From Candidatus Rokuibacteriota bacterium (GTDB lineage Bacteria; Methylomirabilota; Methylomirabilia; Rokubacteriales; CSP1-6), in contig QHRS01000051.1 in NCBI GenBank assembly GCA_003221435.1, forward strand, positions 1 to 33,878: a DNA stretch of 33,878 bases. The letters are read 5' to 3'. This document shows, piece by piece, positions 24,981 through 33,446 of this stretch (its first letter is position 1; each line of letters opens with the position of its first letter). The position numbers and the translations under genes are program-made. The notes beneath the pieces are model-generated. The model worked only from the letters and a program-made list of their open reading frames with translations. It searched no databases and was not told where the DNA came from.

Positions 24981-26285
24981 ATGAGAGTGTCCGCGACCGT
25001 GCTGGCCCTGTGCGCCGCGCTCGCCCTCCCCGCGCAGGCGGCGGATTCCGTGGTCGAGGCGACGCTCGACAACGGGTTGCGTGTCCTCTTGCTCGAGGAT
25101 CATCGCAGCCCGATCGTGTCCTTCCAGATGTGGTATCGCGTCGGCTCGCGCAACGAACAGCCTGGCGCGACCGGCATCGCGCACTTCCTCGAGCACATGA
25201 TGTTCAAGGGCACGCCGACCTACGGGCGCGGCCGGTTCGCGCAACTGGTCGAGGGGAACGGCGGTCGAGACAACGCGTTCACCAGCGCCGACGTCACCTC
25301 CTACTTCGTCGACATCGCCGCCGACAAGGTCGATCAGGTCCTCACGCTCGAAGCCGATCGCATGCGGAATCTTCTCCTGAGCCCGGACGAGATCCAATCC
25401 GAGCGGCAGGTCGTGATGGAGGAACGGCGCACGCGCACGGAGGACGACCCCGACGGCTTCCTCGGCGAGGAAACGAACGGGATCGCCTTCAGGGCCCACC
25501 CCTACCGGGCGCCGGTGATCGGCTGGATGGCCGACCTGCAACGGATCACGCCGGCCGAGATCGCGGCCTTCTATCGAACCTACTATGTGCCGAACAACGC
25601 CATGGTCGTCGCGGTGGGAGATTTCAAGGCTTCGGAGCTGCTCGAGAAGATCACGCGGGTGTTCGGCGCGATTCCGCGCAGCCCGGGCCCGCCCCCGGTG
25701 CTCGCGGTGGAGCCGGCCCAGGCCGGCGAGCGGCGCGTGACGGTCTCGAGGAACGCGCAGCTGCCGATCGTGTACATGGCCTACCACGTGCCGAACTCGC
25801 GCTCGGAGGACGCGCCGGCGCTCGAGCTGCTCTCGACCGTGCTGTCGGGAGGACGCGCCTCGCGGCTCTACCGGAACCTGATCCACGACCGGCAGCTCGC
25901 GCTGAACGCTGGCGGCGATTACTCCTACTTTTCCTTCGATCCGAACCTGTTCTGGTTCTGGGCGACTCCGCTGCCGGGACAGACGCCGGAGGCGCTCGAA
26001 AAGGAGTTGCTCGGCGAGATGGAACGCCTGAAGAAGGAGCCCGTCTCCGATGAGGAGCTGCTGCGCGCCAAGAACCAGATCGAGGCGAGCTTCGTCTTCC
26101 AAGAGGACTCCGTGCACAGCCGGGCCTCGCTGCTGGCGCGCTTCGAGCTGATCGGCGGCTACCGGCTCAAGGATCAGTTCGTGCCCAGGATCCGCGCCGT
26201 CACGGCCGAGCAGCTCATGCGGGTCGCGAACGCCTACTTCCCCGACGACAGGAAGAACGTCGGCATCCTCGTCCCGAAGTCCTGA
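24981..26285 (+). CDS. M16 (pitrilysin/insulinase) family zinc peptidase, catalytic-type subunit, secreted
   Basis: Start ATG 24981 (MRVSATVLALCAALALPAQAADS signal peptide). Inverted zinc motif HFLEHMMFKGT (HxxEH). M16 and M16_C halves are present. Confidence 0.9.
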   Translation: MRVSATVLALCAALALPAQAADSVVEATLDNGLRVLLLEDHRSPIVSFQMWYRVGSRNEQPGATGIAHFLEHMMFKGTPTYGRGRFAQLVEGNGGRDNAFTSADVTSYFVDIAADKVDQVLTLEADRMRNLLLSPDEIQSERQVVMEERRTRTEDDPDGFLGEETNGIAFRAHPYRAPVIGWMADLQRITPAEIAAFYRTYYVPNNAMVVAVGDFKASELLEKITRVFGAIPRSPGPPPVLAVEPAQAGERRVTVSRNAQLPIVYMAYHVPNSRSEDAPALELLSTVLSGGRASRLYRNLIHDRQLALNAGGDYSYFSFDPNLFWFWATPLPGQTPEALEKELLGEMERLKKEPVSDEELLRAKNQIEASFVFQEDSVHSRASLLARFELIGGYRLKDQFVPRIRAVTAEQLMRVANAYFPDDRKNVGILVPKS

Positions 26286-26306
26286 CGCGTGCGAGCCACG
26301 TGACCG

Positions 26307-27467
26307 ATGATGGCCCGTTGGTTGAGGCTTCTCGCCGTTGCGGCTCTCGTCGTCGCCCTCGGGCTTGCCGCCGCCTACGCCGCCCGCCGGTTCGGCCCGG
26401 CCGGGGACGGCACGGTCCAGGTGACCGGCACGATCGAGGCGCGTCAGGTTGACGTGAGCGCGAAGATCGCAGGGCGGATCAGTTCGCTCCTTGTCAACGC
26501 CGGGCAGGCCGTCACGAAGGGGGAGATTATCGCGCTGCTCGACTTCACCGATCTGGAGGCCGAAGCGCGCCGGGCCGAGGCTGCGCTGCGAACCGCCGAG
26601 GCGCAGCTCAAGGACCTGGAGGCCGGCGCCCGGGTGTACGAGATCAACGAGGCGCGCGCCCAGGTGGCGCGCGCCGAGGCGCGGCTCGACGACCTGCTCG
26701 CCGGCTCACGCGTCCAGGAGGTCGAGCAGGCGCGCGAGGCGATGCGGAGCGCCGCCGCCTCCCGGGACTGGGCCGAGCGCGAGTACCGCCGAGCGCAGGA
26801 GCTGTACGCGAAGGAACTGGTCGCGGCGCAGGAGGTGGATCGCGCGAAGCAGGCGTGGGAGGTGGCGGTCGCCAACCAGGGGAGCGCCCGGGAGAAGTTG
26901 AGCCTGGTCGAAGCGGGGTCCCGGGTGCAGGAGATCGCCGCGGCCCGCGCCGAGCTCAAGGCGGCCCAGGAGCGCCTCGAGCTCCTGATGGCCGGCCCGC
27001 GCCCGGACGCGGTGGCGGGCGCGCGCGCCCGGGTCGCCGAGGCCCGGGCGGCGCTGGCGCTCGCCGAGAGCAGGCTCCGGGAGGGCAAGATCGTCTCGCC
27101 GCTGACCGGCGTGGTCTTGCGGAAGAATCTCGAGGCGGGCGAGATGGCGAACCCGGGCGTCCCGATCGTGACCCTGGTCGATCCATCCGACATGTGGGTG
27201 CGGGCGTACGTGCCCGAGGCTGAGGTCGGCCGGATCCGGCTCGGCGAGCCCGCGCAGGTCACCGTGGACGCGTTTCCGGGTCGCGCCTTCCCGGGCAAGA
27301 TCACCGAGATCGCGTCCGAGGCGGAGTTCACGCCGAAGAACGTGCAGACGAGGAAGGAGCGCGTGAACCTCGTCTTCCGCATCAAGATCGGCCTCTCGAA
27401 CTTCGAGGGCACCCTCAAGCCCGGCATGCCGGCCGACGCGGTCCTCGGAGCCGGGGCGCAGACGTAG
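26307..27467 (+). CDS. HlyD-family periplasmic adaptor (membrane fusion) protein
   Basis: 386 aa. N-terminal membrane anchor, long Ala/Glu/Arg coiled-coil hairpin (EAQLKDLEAGAR...ARAQVARAEARLDDL...), then a beta-barrel/lipoyl tail (IVSPLTGVV, VTVDAFPGRAFPGKITEI). Confidence 0.88.
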   Translation: MMARWLRLLAVAALVVALGLAAAYAARRFGPAGDGTVQVTGTIEARQVDVSAKIAGRISSLLVNAGQAVTKGEIIALLDFTDLEAEARRAEAALRTAEAQLKDLEAGARVYEINEARAQVARAEARLDDLLAGSRVQEVEQAREAMRSAAASRDWAEREYRRAQELYAKELVAAQEVDRAKQAWEVAVANQGSAREKLSLVEAGSRVQEIAAARAELKAAQERLELLMAGPRPDAVAGARARVAEARAALALAESRLREGKIVSPLTGVVLRKNLEAGEMANPGVPIVTLVDPSDMWVRAYVPEAEVGRIRLGEPAQVTVDAFPGRAFPGKITEIASEAEFTPKNVQTRKERVNLVFRIKIGLSNFEGTLKPGMPADAVLGAGAQT

Positions 27468-27468
27468 C

Positions 27469-28437
27469 ATGGACGCTGCTGCTCCGGCCGCGGTGGTGAC
27501 GCGGGGGCTGACGCGGCGCTTCGGTAAGATCGTCGCCGTCGACCATCTCGACCTCACGGTACGCACGGGCGAGCTGTACGGTTTCCTCGGGCCGAACGGC
27601 GCCGGCAAGTCCACGACGCTCAGGATGCTGTGCGGCATCCTCGAGCCGAGCGAGGGCGGGGGCCACGTACTCGGGATCGACCTCGTCGCCGAGCCCGAAC
27701 GCGTGAAATCGGCCATCGGCTACATGTCCCAGAAGTTCTCCCTCTACGACGACCTGACCGTGGAGGAGAACCTCACGTTCTACGCGCGCGTCTACATGGT
27801 GCCCAAACCCGAGCGGGGGCCCCGGATCCAGCGGATGGTGCGGCTCGCCGATCTCGGCGGCCGCGAGCGCCAGCTCGCGGGCCAACTCTCCGGCGGCTAT
27901 CGCCAGCGCCTGGCGCTGGCGTGCGCGCTCGTGCACGGGCCCCGGCTGATTTTTCTGGATGAACCGACGGCGGGTGTCGACCCGGTCTCGCGCCGAACGT
28001 TCTGGGCGGTGATCCGCCGCCTCGCCGACGAGGGCACGACGATCGTCGTGACCACCCACTACATGGATGAGGCGGAGCTGTGCGACACCCTCGGCTTCAT
28101 CTACCAGGGCCGGTTGATCGCCCAGGGAAGCCCCGCGCGCATCAAGACCGAAGCGTTCCGGCGGACGGTCGTCGAGGTCGCCGCCGAGGATCTGCGCAAG
28201 GCGGCCGACGCGCTCTCGGACTGGCACGCGATCGAGGAGGTCGTGCGGATCGGCACGCGACTCCGGCTCATCATGGCCGACGGGCCGAGCGCCGACGACG
28301 TGCGCGCGTTCCTCGAGCACGAGGGCCTCGCGGTCAACTGGGTGCACGAGGTCGAGCCGTCGGTGGAGGACCTGTTCGTCTCGTTCGTGGACAAGGAACG
28401 GAAGCTGCGGCTGCGGGAGCAATTGGGGGCCGTCTAG
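27469..28437 (+). CDS. ABC transporter ATP-binding protein (ABC-2/DrrA-like exporter type)
   Basis: Walker A GPNGAGKST, signature LSGGYRQRLALA, Walker B LIFLDEPTAGVD, H-loop TTHYMDE. The start is 1 nt after the HlyD stop. Confidence 0.93.
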   Translation: MDAAAPAAVVTRGLTRRFGKIVAVDHLDLTVRTGELYGFLGPNGAGKSTTLRMLCGILEPSEGGGHVLGIDLVAEPERVKSAIGYMSQKFSLYDDLTVEENLTFYARVYMVPKPERGPRIQRMVRLADLGGRERQLAGQLSGGYRQRLALACALVHGPRLIFLDEPTAGVDPVSRRTFWAVIRRLADEGTTIVVTTHYMDEAELCDTLGFIYQGRLIAQGSPARIKTEAFRRTVVEVAAEDLRKAADALSDWHAIEEVVRIGTRLRLIMADGPSADDVRAFLEHEGLAVNWVHEVEPSVEDLFVSFVDKERKLRLREQLGAV

Positions 28438-28440
28438 ACA

Positions 28441-28534
28441 ATCGAAGGGGGCCTCGACGGCCCCCTCCGAGCCTCCCCCAGGTCGGGCGCCGGCAAAGCC
28501 GGCGCTCGAAGCCGGTTACTGCGAGAGGCTCCTA
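28441..28534 (-). repeat. Repeat family A, short unit in inverse orientation (H3'-H1'-leader module)
   Basis: ATCGAAGGGGGCCTCGACGGCCCCCTCCGAGCCTCCCCCAGGTCGGGCGCCGGCAAAGCCGGCGCTCGAAGCCGGTTACTGCGAGAGGCTCCTAG. A separate half-H3 fragment lies at 28642-28660. Confidence 0.85.
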
Positions 28535-28670
28535 GTGGTTTGGTGCCGTTCCACGTTGCGCGCCGGACGAGGCCGAGGGAGGAGGCGCCACGCGGCATGT
28601 TGAGGACCAAGGATCGCCGACGACCGACAACGACGTATCGCCGTCGAGGCCCCCTCCGATGGTCTAGGGG

Positions 28671-29795
28671 ATGGTGAGCCGGCTCGTCGGGATCATTGCC
28701 AAGGAGTTCATCCAGCTCCGCCGGGACCCGCTCGCCGTCACGCTGGCGCTGTTCGTCCCGGTCGTGATGCTGTTCATCTTCGGCTGGGCGATCAACACCG
28801 ACGTCAAGCACGTCCCGACGGCGGTGTTCGAGCAGTCGGGCAGCCTGGAGGCGCGGGTACTCCTCGAGGCGTTCGAGAACAGTCAGTACTTCACGATCCG
28901 CTACTGGGTGGCGAGCCAGCGCGAGCTGACGCGGCTGATCGACGAGGGCAACGCGAAGGTCGGCGTCGTGATCCCGCCCGATTACGCCAAGCAGCTCTCA
29001 CGGGCGCGTGCCGAGATCCAGGTGATCGTCGACGCTTCGGATCCGATGGTCGCGACGTCGGCGATGAACGCCGCGGCGTCGCTCGGGGCGGCGCGGTCGC
29101 TGGACGTCCTGACCCACACCGTCGAGGGCACGGTGGTGCGCCGCAACGGTCCCCCGGTGGATTTCCGGGTGCGGGCCTGGTACAACCCGGACCTGGTCTC
29201 AGCGATCTTCATCGTCCCAGGGCTGATCGGCGCGCTCCTGATGCAGACGACGATCACCGCGATGGCGGTGGCGGTGGTCCGCGAACGGGAGCGGGGCACG
29301 CTCGAGGCGCTCATCGTCAGCCCGATCCGTCGGTGGGAGCTGCTGCTCGGGAAGATCATCCCGAACCTGTTCGTCGCGTACGGGCAGATGACCATGGCGC
29401 TGCTCGTCGCGCGCTTCGTCTTCGACGTGCCCATCCGCGGGAGCCTCGTCCTGCTCTACGCGATGGCGCTCCTGTTCATGTGGGGTACGCTCGGCATCGG
29501 GATCTTCGTGTCCACCGCGGCCCGCACGGTCCCGGCGGCGATGCAGCTCGCCTTTCTGACGTTCCTGCCCTCGATCTACCTCTCCGGGTTGCTCTTTCCG
29601 ATCGAGGGGATGCCCCGCGGCGCGCAGTATCTCGCCGCGGCGATCCCGCTCACGTACTTCCTCAGGATCGTGCGCGGCATCGTGCTGAAGGGCGTGGGGC
29701 TCGGCTATCTGTGGCCCAACCTGATGCCGCTCGCCGGCTTCGGCGCCGTCGTCTTCACGCTCGCGGTGTTCCGGTTCCGGAAGCAACTGGACTGA
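28671..29795 (+). CDS. ABC-2 type transporter permease
   Basis: 374 aa. N-terminal TM segment, large periplasmic loop, then five further hydrophobic segments, with RERERGTLEAL typical of ABC-2 (YhhJ/YbhS-like) permeases. Confidence 0.88.
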   Translation: MVSRLVGIIAKEFIQLRRDPLAVTLALFVPVVMLFIFGWAINTDVKHVPTAVFEQSGSLEARVLLEAFENSQYFTIRYWVASQRELTRLIDEGNAKVGVVIPPDYAKQLSRARAEIQVIVDASDPMVATSAMNAAASLGAARSLDVLTHTVEGTVVRRNGPPVDFRVRAWYNPDLVSAIFIVPGLIGALLMQTTITAMAVAVVRERERGTLEALIVSPIRRWELLLGKIIPNLFVAYGQMTMALLVARFVFDVPIRGSLVLLYAMALLFMWGTLGIGIFVSTAARTVPAAMQLAFLTFLPSIYLSGLLFPIEGMPRGAQYLAAAIPLTYFLRIVRGIVLKGVGLGYLWPNLMPLAGFGAVVFTLAVFRFRKQLD

Positions 29796-29805
29796 CGGGC
29801 CGGTC

Positions 29806-30462
29806 GTGAAGCGCCTGACGTCCGCGGAGCTGCGCGCCGAGCAAGCCCTGACGCTCACAACGCCGCGGCGCGCGTACGGGTGGCTGGCGCAGGCGCTGTT
29901 CCGCGGCCTGGACCTCGTCTACGGCCGGCGGCGCACGCTCAGCAAGTTCAAGGTGCTCGAGCTGATCGCGCGCGTGCCCTACCAGGCGTGGGAGCAGGTC
30001 GCCTACGTCGCGATCACGCACACGTCGACGTTCCCCGACTTCGCGCGCCGGGTGTTCGATCGCGTGCGCGAGAGCCGCCTGCAGCAGGACAACGAGCAGT
30101 GGCACCTGCTGATCCTGGAGGAGCTGATCGACAAGCGCGGGATCCGCGAGGGCTTCTTCTGGTACTGGCTCGTGCCCCAGGCGATCGCCTTCCTCTACTA
30201 TCAGATCGTCTGGCTTCTGTACGTGGCGCGTCCCGCTCGGAGTTACCAGCTCAACGCCGACTTCGAGGACCACGCCGAGCACGAGTACATGGAGTTCGTC
30301 CGGGAGCACCCCGAGCTGGAGGCGGAACCCTTCGAGAGCATGTTCCGCGCCGACTACGGCCCGTTCGGGTCTCTCGCGGACGTGTTCCGTCAGATCGGCT
30401 ACGACGAGCGGGTCCACAAGGAGGAGAGCCTCGCGCGGCTCGCGAACGCGCGGTTCGCCTGA
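29806..30462 (+). CDS. Alternative oxidase (AOX/PTOX)-like di-iron carboxylate protein
   Basis: 218 aa with a GTG start 10 nt after the permease stop. All four AOX iron-ligand motifs occur in order: LELIARVPY (cf. LET.A.VP), DNEQWHLLIL (cf. NERMHL), DFEDHAEHEY (cf. LEEEA..Y), GYDERVHKEE (cf. RADE..H). Confidence 0.75.
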   Translation: MKRLTSAELRAEQALTLTTPRRAYGWLAQALFRGLDLVYGRRRTLSKFKVLELIARVPYQAWEQVAYVAITHTSTFPDFARRVFDRVRESRLQQDNEQWHLLILEELIDKRGIREGFFWYWLVPQAIAFLYYQIVWLLYVARPARSYQLNADFEDHAEHEYMEFVREHPELEAEPFESMFRADYGPFGSLADVFRQIGYDERVHKEESLARLANARFA

Positions 30463-30471
30463 GGTATATCA

Positions 30472-31806
30472 TTGAGTGCGATGCATACCTGCGTCCGACT
30501 CGTCGTCCCCGCGCTCCTGCTCGTCTTGCCGGCCGCGGCCGCGGCCGGTCCGATCGCGCACCGCGAGGTCCTGCCGAACGGGATCGTGCTGCTCGTCGCG
30601 GAGCGGCCCGCGGTGCCGATCGTCGCCGTGCGCGTGTATTTCCGCGCCGGCAGCGCGTTCGATCCGCCCGATGCGCCGGGCCTCTCGAGCCTCACCGCCG
30701 AGCTGCTGACGCGGGGCACGGCGGCCCGCTCGGGCGAGGAGTTGGATCGCGCGATCGAGTTCGTGGGCGGAAGCCTTGAGTCCAACGCGAGTCGGGACGG
30801 CCTCACCGTGGCGCTGTCGGTTCTCAAGAAAGACCTACCGCTCGGGCTCGATCTCCTCGCGGACGTCATCCGCGCCCCGTCGTTCCCGGAGCAGGAGCTC
30901 GCGCTCAGGGTGAAGGAGATCCAGGCGGCGATCAAGCGCTCCGAGGAGAATCCGGAGGCGGTGGCCGGCCGTGAGCTGATGCGGCTCGTGTATCCGCGCC
31001 ATCCGTACGGCCACCCCGTCGAGGGCACGCGCGAATCGGTCGGCGCGCTGACCCGCCAGCACGTGGTCCAGTTCTACGGGCGGCACGTCCGGTCCGACAC
31101 GGCGATCGTCGCCGTCGTGGGCGCCGTGACCGTCGAGGAGGCGCGGAAGGAGATCCTGGGCCGCCTCGGCAGCTGGCCGCGGCCGTCGACCCCGGCGCCG
31201 ACCGTGCGCGTCGACGACGCGCCGCCTCCGCCGCCGCAGACGCGGACGATCAAGCGCGACCTCACGCAGGCGACCGTGGACATGGGGCGCCGCGCGATCC
31301 GCCAGGACAATCCGGACTACTTCGCCCTCGTCGTCGCCAACTACATCCTGGGCGGCGGGTCCGCCTCGCGGCTCTACCTCCGGGTGCGGGAGGAGAGCGG
31401 GCTCGCGTACTCCGTCGGGAGCCACGTCTCGCCCGGCCGCTATGGATCGACGGCGGTCGTGGGGCTGCAGACGCGCACGAGCGAGGTCGCGAAGGCGCTC
31501 AGCATCACCCGGGACGAGCTGGCGCGCATGTCGCAAGAGCCGGTCACCGACCGGGAGCTGTCGCTGGCCAAGTCCTATCTCATCGGTAGCTTCCCGCTCC
31601 GGCTCGACACGTCCTCGAAGGTGGCGAACTTCCTGGTGGGCGTCGAGGAGCAGGGGCTCGGGCTCGATTACGCCGACACGTTCAAAGCGCGCGTGGCGCA
31701 GGTCAGGGCGGAGGACGTCCGCCGGGTGGCGGGCCGCTATCTCGTGCCCGCGACGTTCCACGTCGTCACGGTCGGCAACGTCGCCCCCGCGAACGAGGCC
31801 AGGTAG
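30472..31806 (+). CDS. M16-family peptidase-like protein lacking the HxxEH zinc motif (non-catalytic partner subunit), secreted
   Basis: 444 aa. TTG 30472 has GAGG 7 nt upstream; the alternative start is ATG 30481, 8 nt after a TATCAT box. Signal peptide VRLVVPALLLVLPAAAAAG. LTAELLTRGT stands where HxxEH would be. M16/M16_C fold motifs are present. Confidence 0.85.
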   Translation: MSAMHTCVRLVVPALLLVLPAAAAAGPIAHREVLPNGIVLLVAERPAVPIVAVRVYFRAGSAFDPPDAPGLSSLTAELLTRGTAARSGEELDRAIEFVGGSLESNASRDGLTVALSVLKKDLPLGLDLLADVIRAPSFPEQELALRVKEIQAAIKRSEENPEAVAGRELMRLVYPRHPYGHPVEGTRESVGALTRQHVVQFYGRHVRSDTAIVAVVGAVTVEEARKEILGRLGSWPRPSTPAPTVRVDDAPPPPPQTRTIKRDLTQATVDMGRRAIRQDNPDYFALVVANYILGGGSASRLYLRVREESGLAYSVGSHVSPGRYGSTAVVGLQTRTSEVAKALSITRDELARMSQEPVTDRELSLAKSYLIGSFPLRLDTSSKVANFLVGVEEQGLGLDYADTFKARVAQVRAEDVRRVAGRYLVPATFHVVTVGNVAPANEAR

Positions 31807-31913
31807 GCCCCGCCGGACTCGCGTGCGCGGCGCGGAGCGCGCCAGCGGCGGCGGTCTCCTTCACCCTCACCGAGCGCGAGCAGGCGGAGGCGATTCACGT
31901 CGGCGAGCGCAGC

Positions 31914-32357
31914 GTGACCGCAGAGACCTTCGGCAGCGAGTGGGTCCAATCGACCGGCGCGGGCGAAGTCACCGTGATGACGCCCTTTCACCGCCTCGCG
32001 CTCGCGGCGCGTCAGGCTGCGTTCAAGCAGAACACGATGAAGCCCGCCGACGTCGAGAAGCTCTTGCGCGAGGACAGGGGACGCCTGGTCTTCTGGGTGT
32101 CACTCCGCGGTCCGCGCGGCGATTTCGCCCGCTTCTACGAGCCGGTGCTGCAGGTCGGCGCGGGCGAGCTGCGCCCCTCGTTCGTCCAGAACGAGCGTAG
32201 CGCGCTCCGGCAGCCCGACGGGCGGTATCTGGCGCGGTCCGTATACGGGTTTTCGACGGCGACGCTCGGCACGACGGCAGGCGTCGTGCTGGTGGTCCGC
32301 GATCCGGATGGCAACGAAGTGGCGCGGTTTCCGGTCGATCTCGCGTCGATCCGATAA
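31914..32357 (+). CDS. Hypothetical protein
   Basis: 147 aa from GTG 31914 with strong GC3. The same frame stays open and coding-like upstream to about 31803 but contains no ATG/GTG/TTG, so the true N-terminus is unclear. Confidence 0.6.
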   Translation: MTAETFGSEWVQSTGAGEVTVMTPFHRLALAARQAAFKQNTMKPADVEKLLREDRGRLVFWVSLRGPRGDFARFYEPVLQVGAGELRPSFVQNERSALRQPDGRYLARSVYGFSTATLGTTAGVVLVVRDPDGNEVARFPVDLASIR

Positions 32358-32386
32358 CCTTTCTGCGGAACCTGCTGAAGGTAGCG

Positions 32387-33259
32387 ATGCCTCCACACGG
32401 CTGGGTCGGCCTCGGCGTCGTCGCAACGGCCGAGGCCCTTCTGTTTCGCGGCAGCACGCTCGTGGGGGAATGGTTCACGCCGGTCGTCTGGACGGGCTAC
32501 GTGCTCTTCGCCGACGCGCTCGTCGCCCGCGTGACCGGGCGGTCCTTCCTGACGACGGATCGCGCCGAGCTCGTCGGCGTGGTCCTCACCTCGATCGGCT
32601 GCTGGTGGCTGTTCGAGTGGTACAACGCGCCACGATTCTGGCGCGGCGGCCAGGATACCGCCGGTCTCTGGTGGCAGTACCACAACCTCGAGCCGAATCC
32701 GTTCCTGCGCCGCGTCGGCTACGACTGGGCGTTCGCGACGATCTTTCCGGCGCTGTTCCTGACGGCGCGCATCCTCGCGGCGACGCTCTTCGCCGGGTTT
32801 CGTGTCGCGCCGGTCAAGCCGCCACGGTGGGCGCTCTCGCTCTCGATCGCCGCGGGGGTCGTCGCCGTGGCGCTCCCGCTCGCGGTCGTGTCGCCGTGGC
32901 TGGTGCCGCTCGTCTGGGTCGGCTACGTCCTCCTGCTCGAGCCGATCAACTACCGGTGGGGCCGGGCCTCGTGGCTCCGCCTCCTCGAGCGCGGCGAAGC
33001 CTCGCTCGTCGGATCGCTTCTCGCCAGCGGCGTCGTCTGCGGCGTGCTCTGGGAGTTCTGGAACTATCGGGCGCTGGCGAGGTGGACCTACACCGTGCCG
33101 TACTTCGGCGCGGTGAAGGTCTTCGAGATGCCGGTGCTCGGCTACCTCGGCTTCCCGCCCTTCGCGCTCGAATGCTACGCCATGTACAATTTCCTGGCGC
33201 CCGTGTTCCGGTCCGGGTCCGCGCGGCCGAGCGTTCTCGCCGGCCCGCGGTCTGTATGA
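32387..33259 (+). CDS. Integral membrane protein of unknown function (Trp-rich, internally duplicated motif)
   Basis: 290 aa with 7-8 hydrophobic segments. Repeated motif WLFEWYN...WWQY and LWEFWNY...WTY. Confidence 0.7.
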   Translation: MPPHGWVGLGVVATAEALLFRGSTLVGEWFTPVVWTGYVLFADALVARVTGRSFLTTDRAELVGVVLTSIGCWWLFEWYNAPRFWRGGQDTAGLWWQYHNLEPNPFLRRVGYDWAFATIFPALFLTARILAATLFAGFRVAPVKPPRWALSLSIAAGVVAVALPLAVVSPWLVPLVWVGYVLLLEPINYRWGRASWLRLLERGEASLVGSLLASGVVCGVLWEFWNYRALARWTYTVPYFGAVKVFEMPVLGYLGFPPFALECYAMYNFLAPVFRSGSARPSVLAGPRSV

Positions 33260-33290
33260 CCGCGCCCCACCTCGACCACCGCCGGGAGCC

Positions 33291-33382
33291 CGTCGGAGTA
33301 TCAGCCGTCGAGCGCCGGCTTTGCCGGCGCAATGCGGGTTTGGGGGAGGCTCGGAGGGGGCCGCCGAGGCCCCCTTCGATGA
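33291..33382 (+). repeat. Repeat family A, short unit (H1 plus H3)
   Basis: ...CGTCGAGCGCCGGCTTTGCCGGCGCAATGCGGGTTTGGGGGAGGCTCGGAGGGGGCCGCCGAGGCCCCCTTCGATG. Confidence 0.85.
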
Positions 33383-33446
33383 TCGTGTCGCGTTCCGGCC
33401 CGCATGATGCTACCGTTTCTCTTCGAAACGAGGGGAGAACGACGTG

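Noticed and set aside
28597-28677. 26-codon small ORF (MLRTKDRRRPTTTYRRRGPLRWSRGW) after a GGAGG, overlapping the ABC-2 permease start; considered as a possible precursor peptide for the M16/ABC cluster
   Set aside because: Its GC3 is clearly lower than in the real genes (about two-thirds by my count). The SD spacing is 11 nt. The 3' third is a family A half-hairpin. The composition is basic low-complexity. There is no support for it as a peptide precursor.
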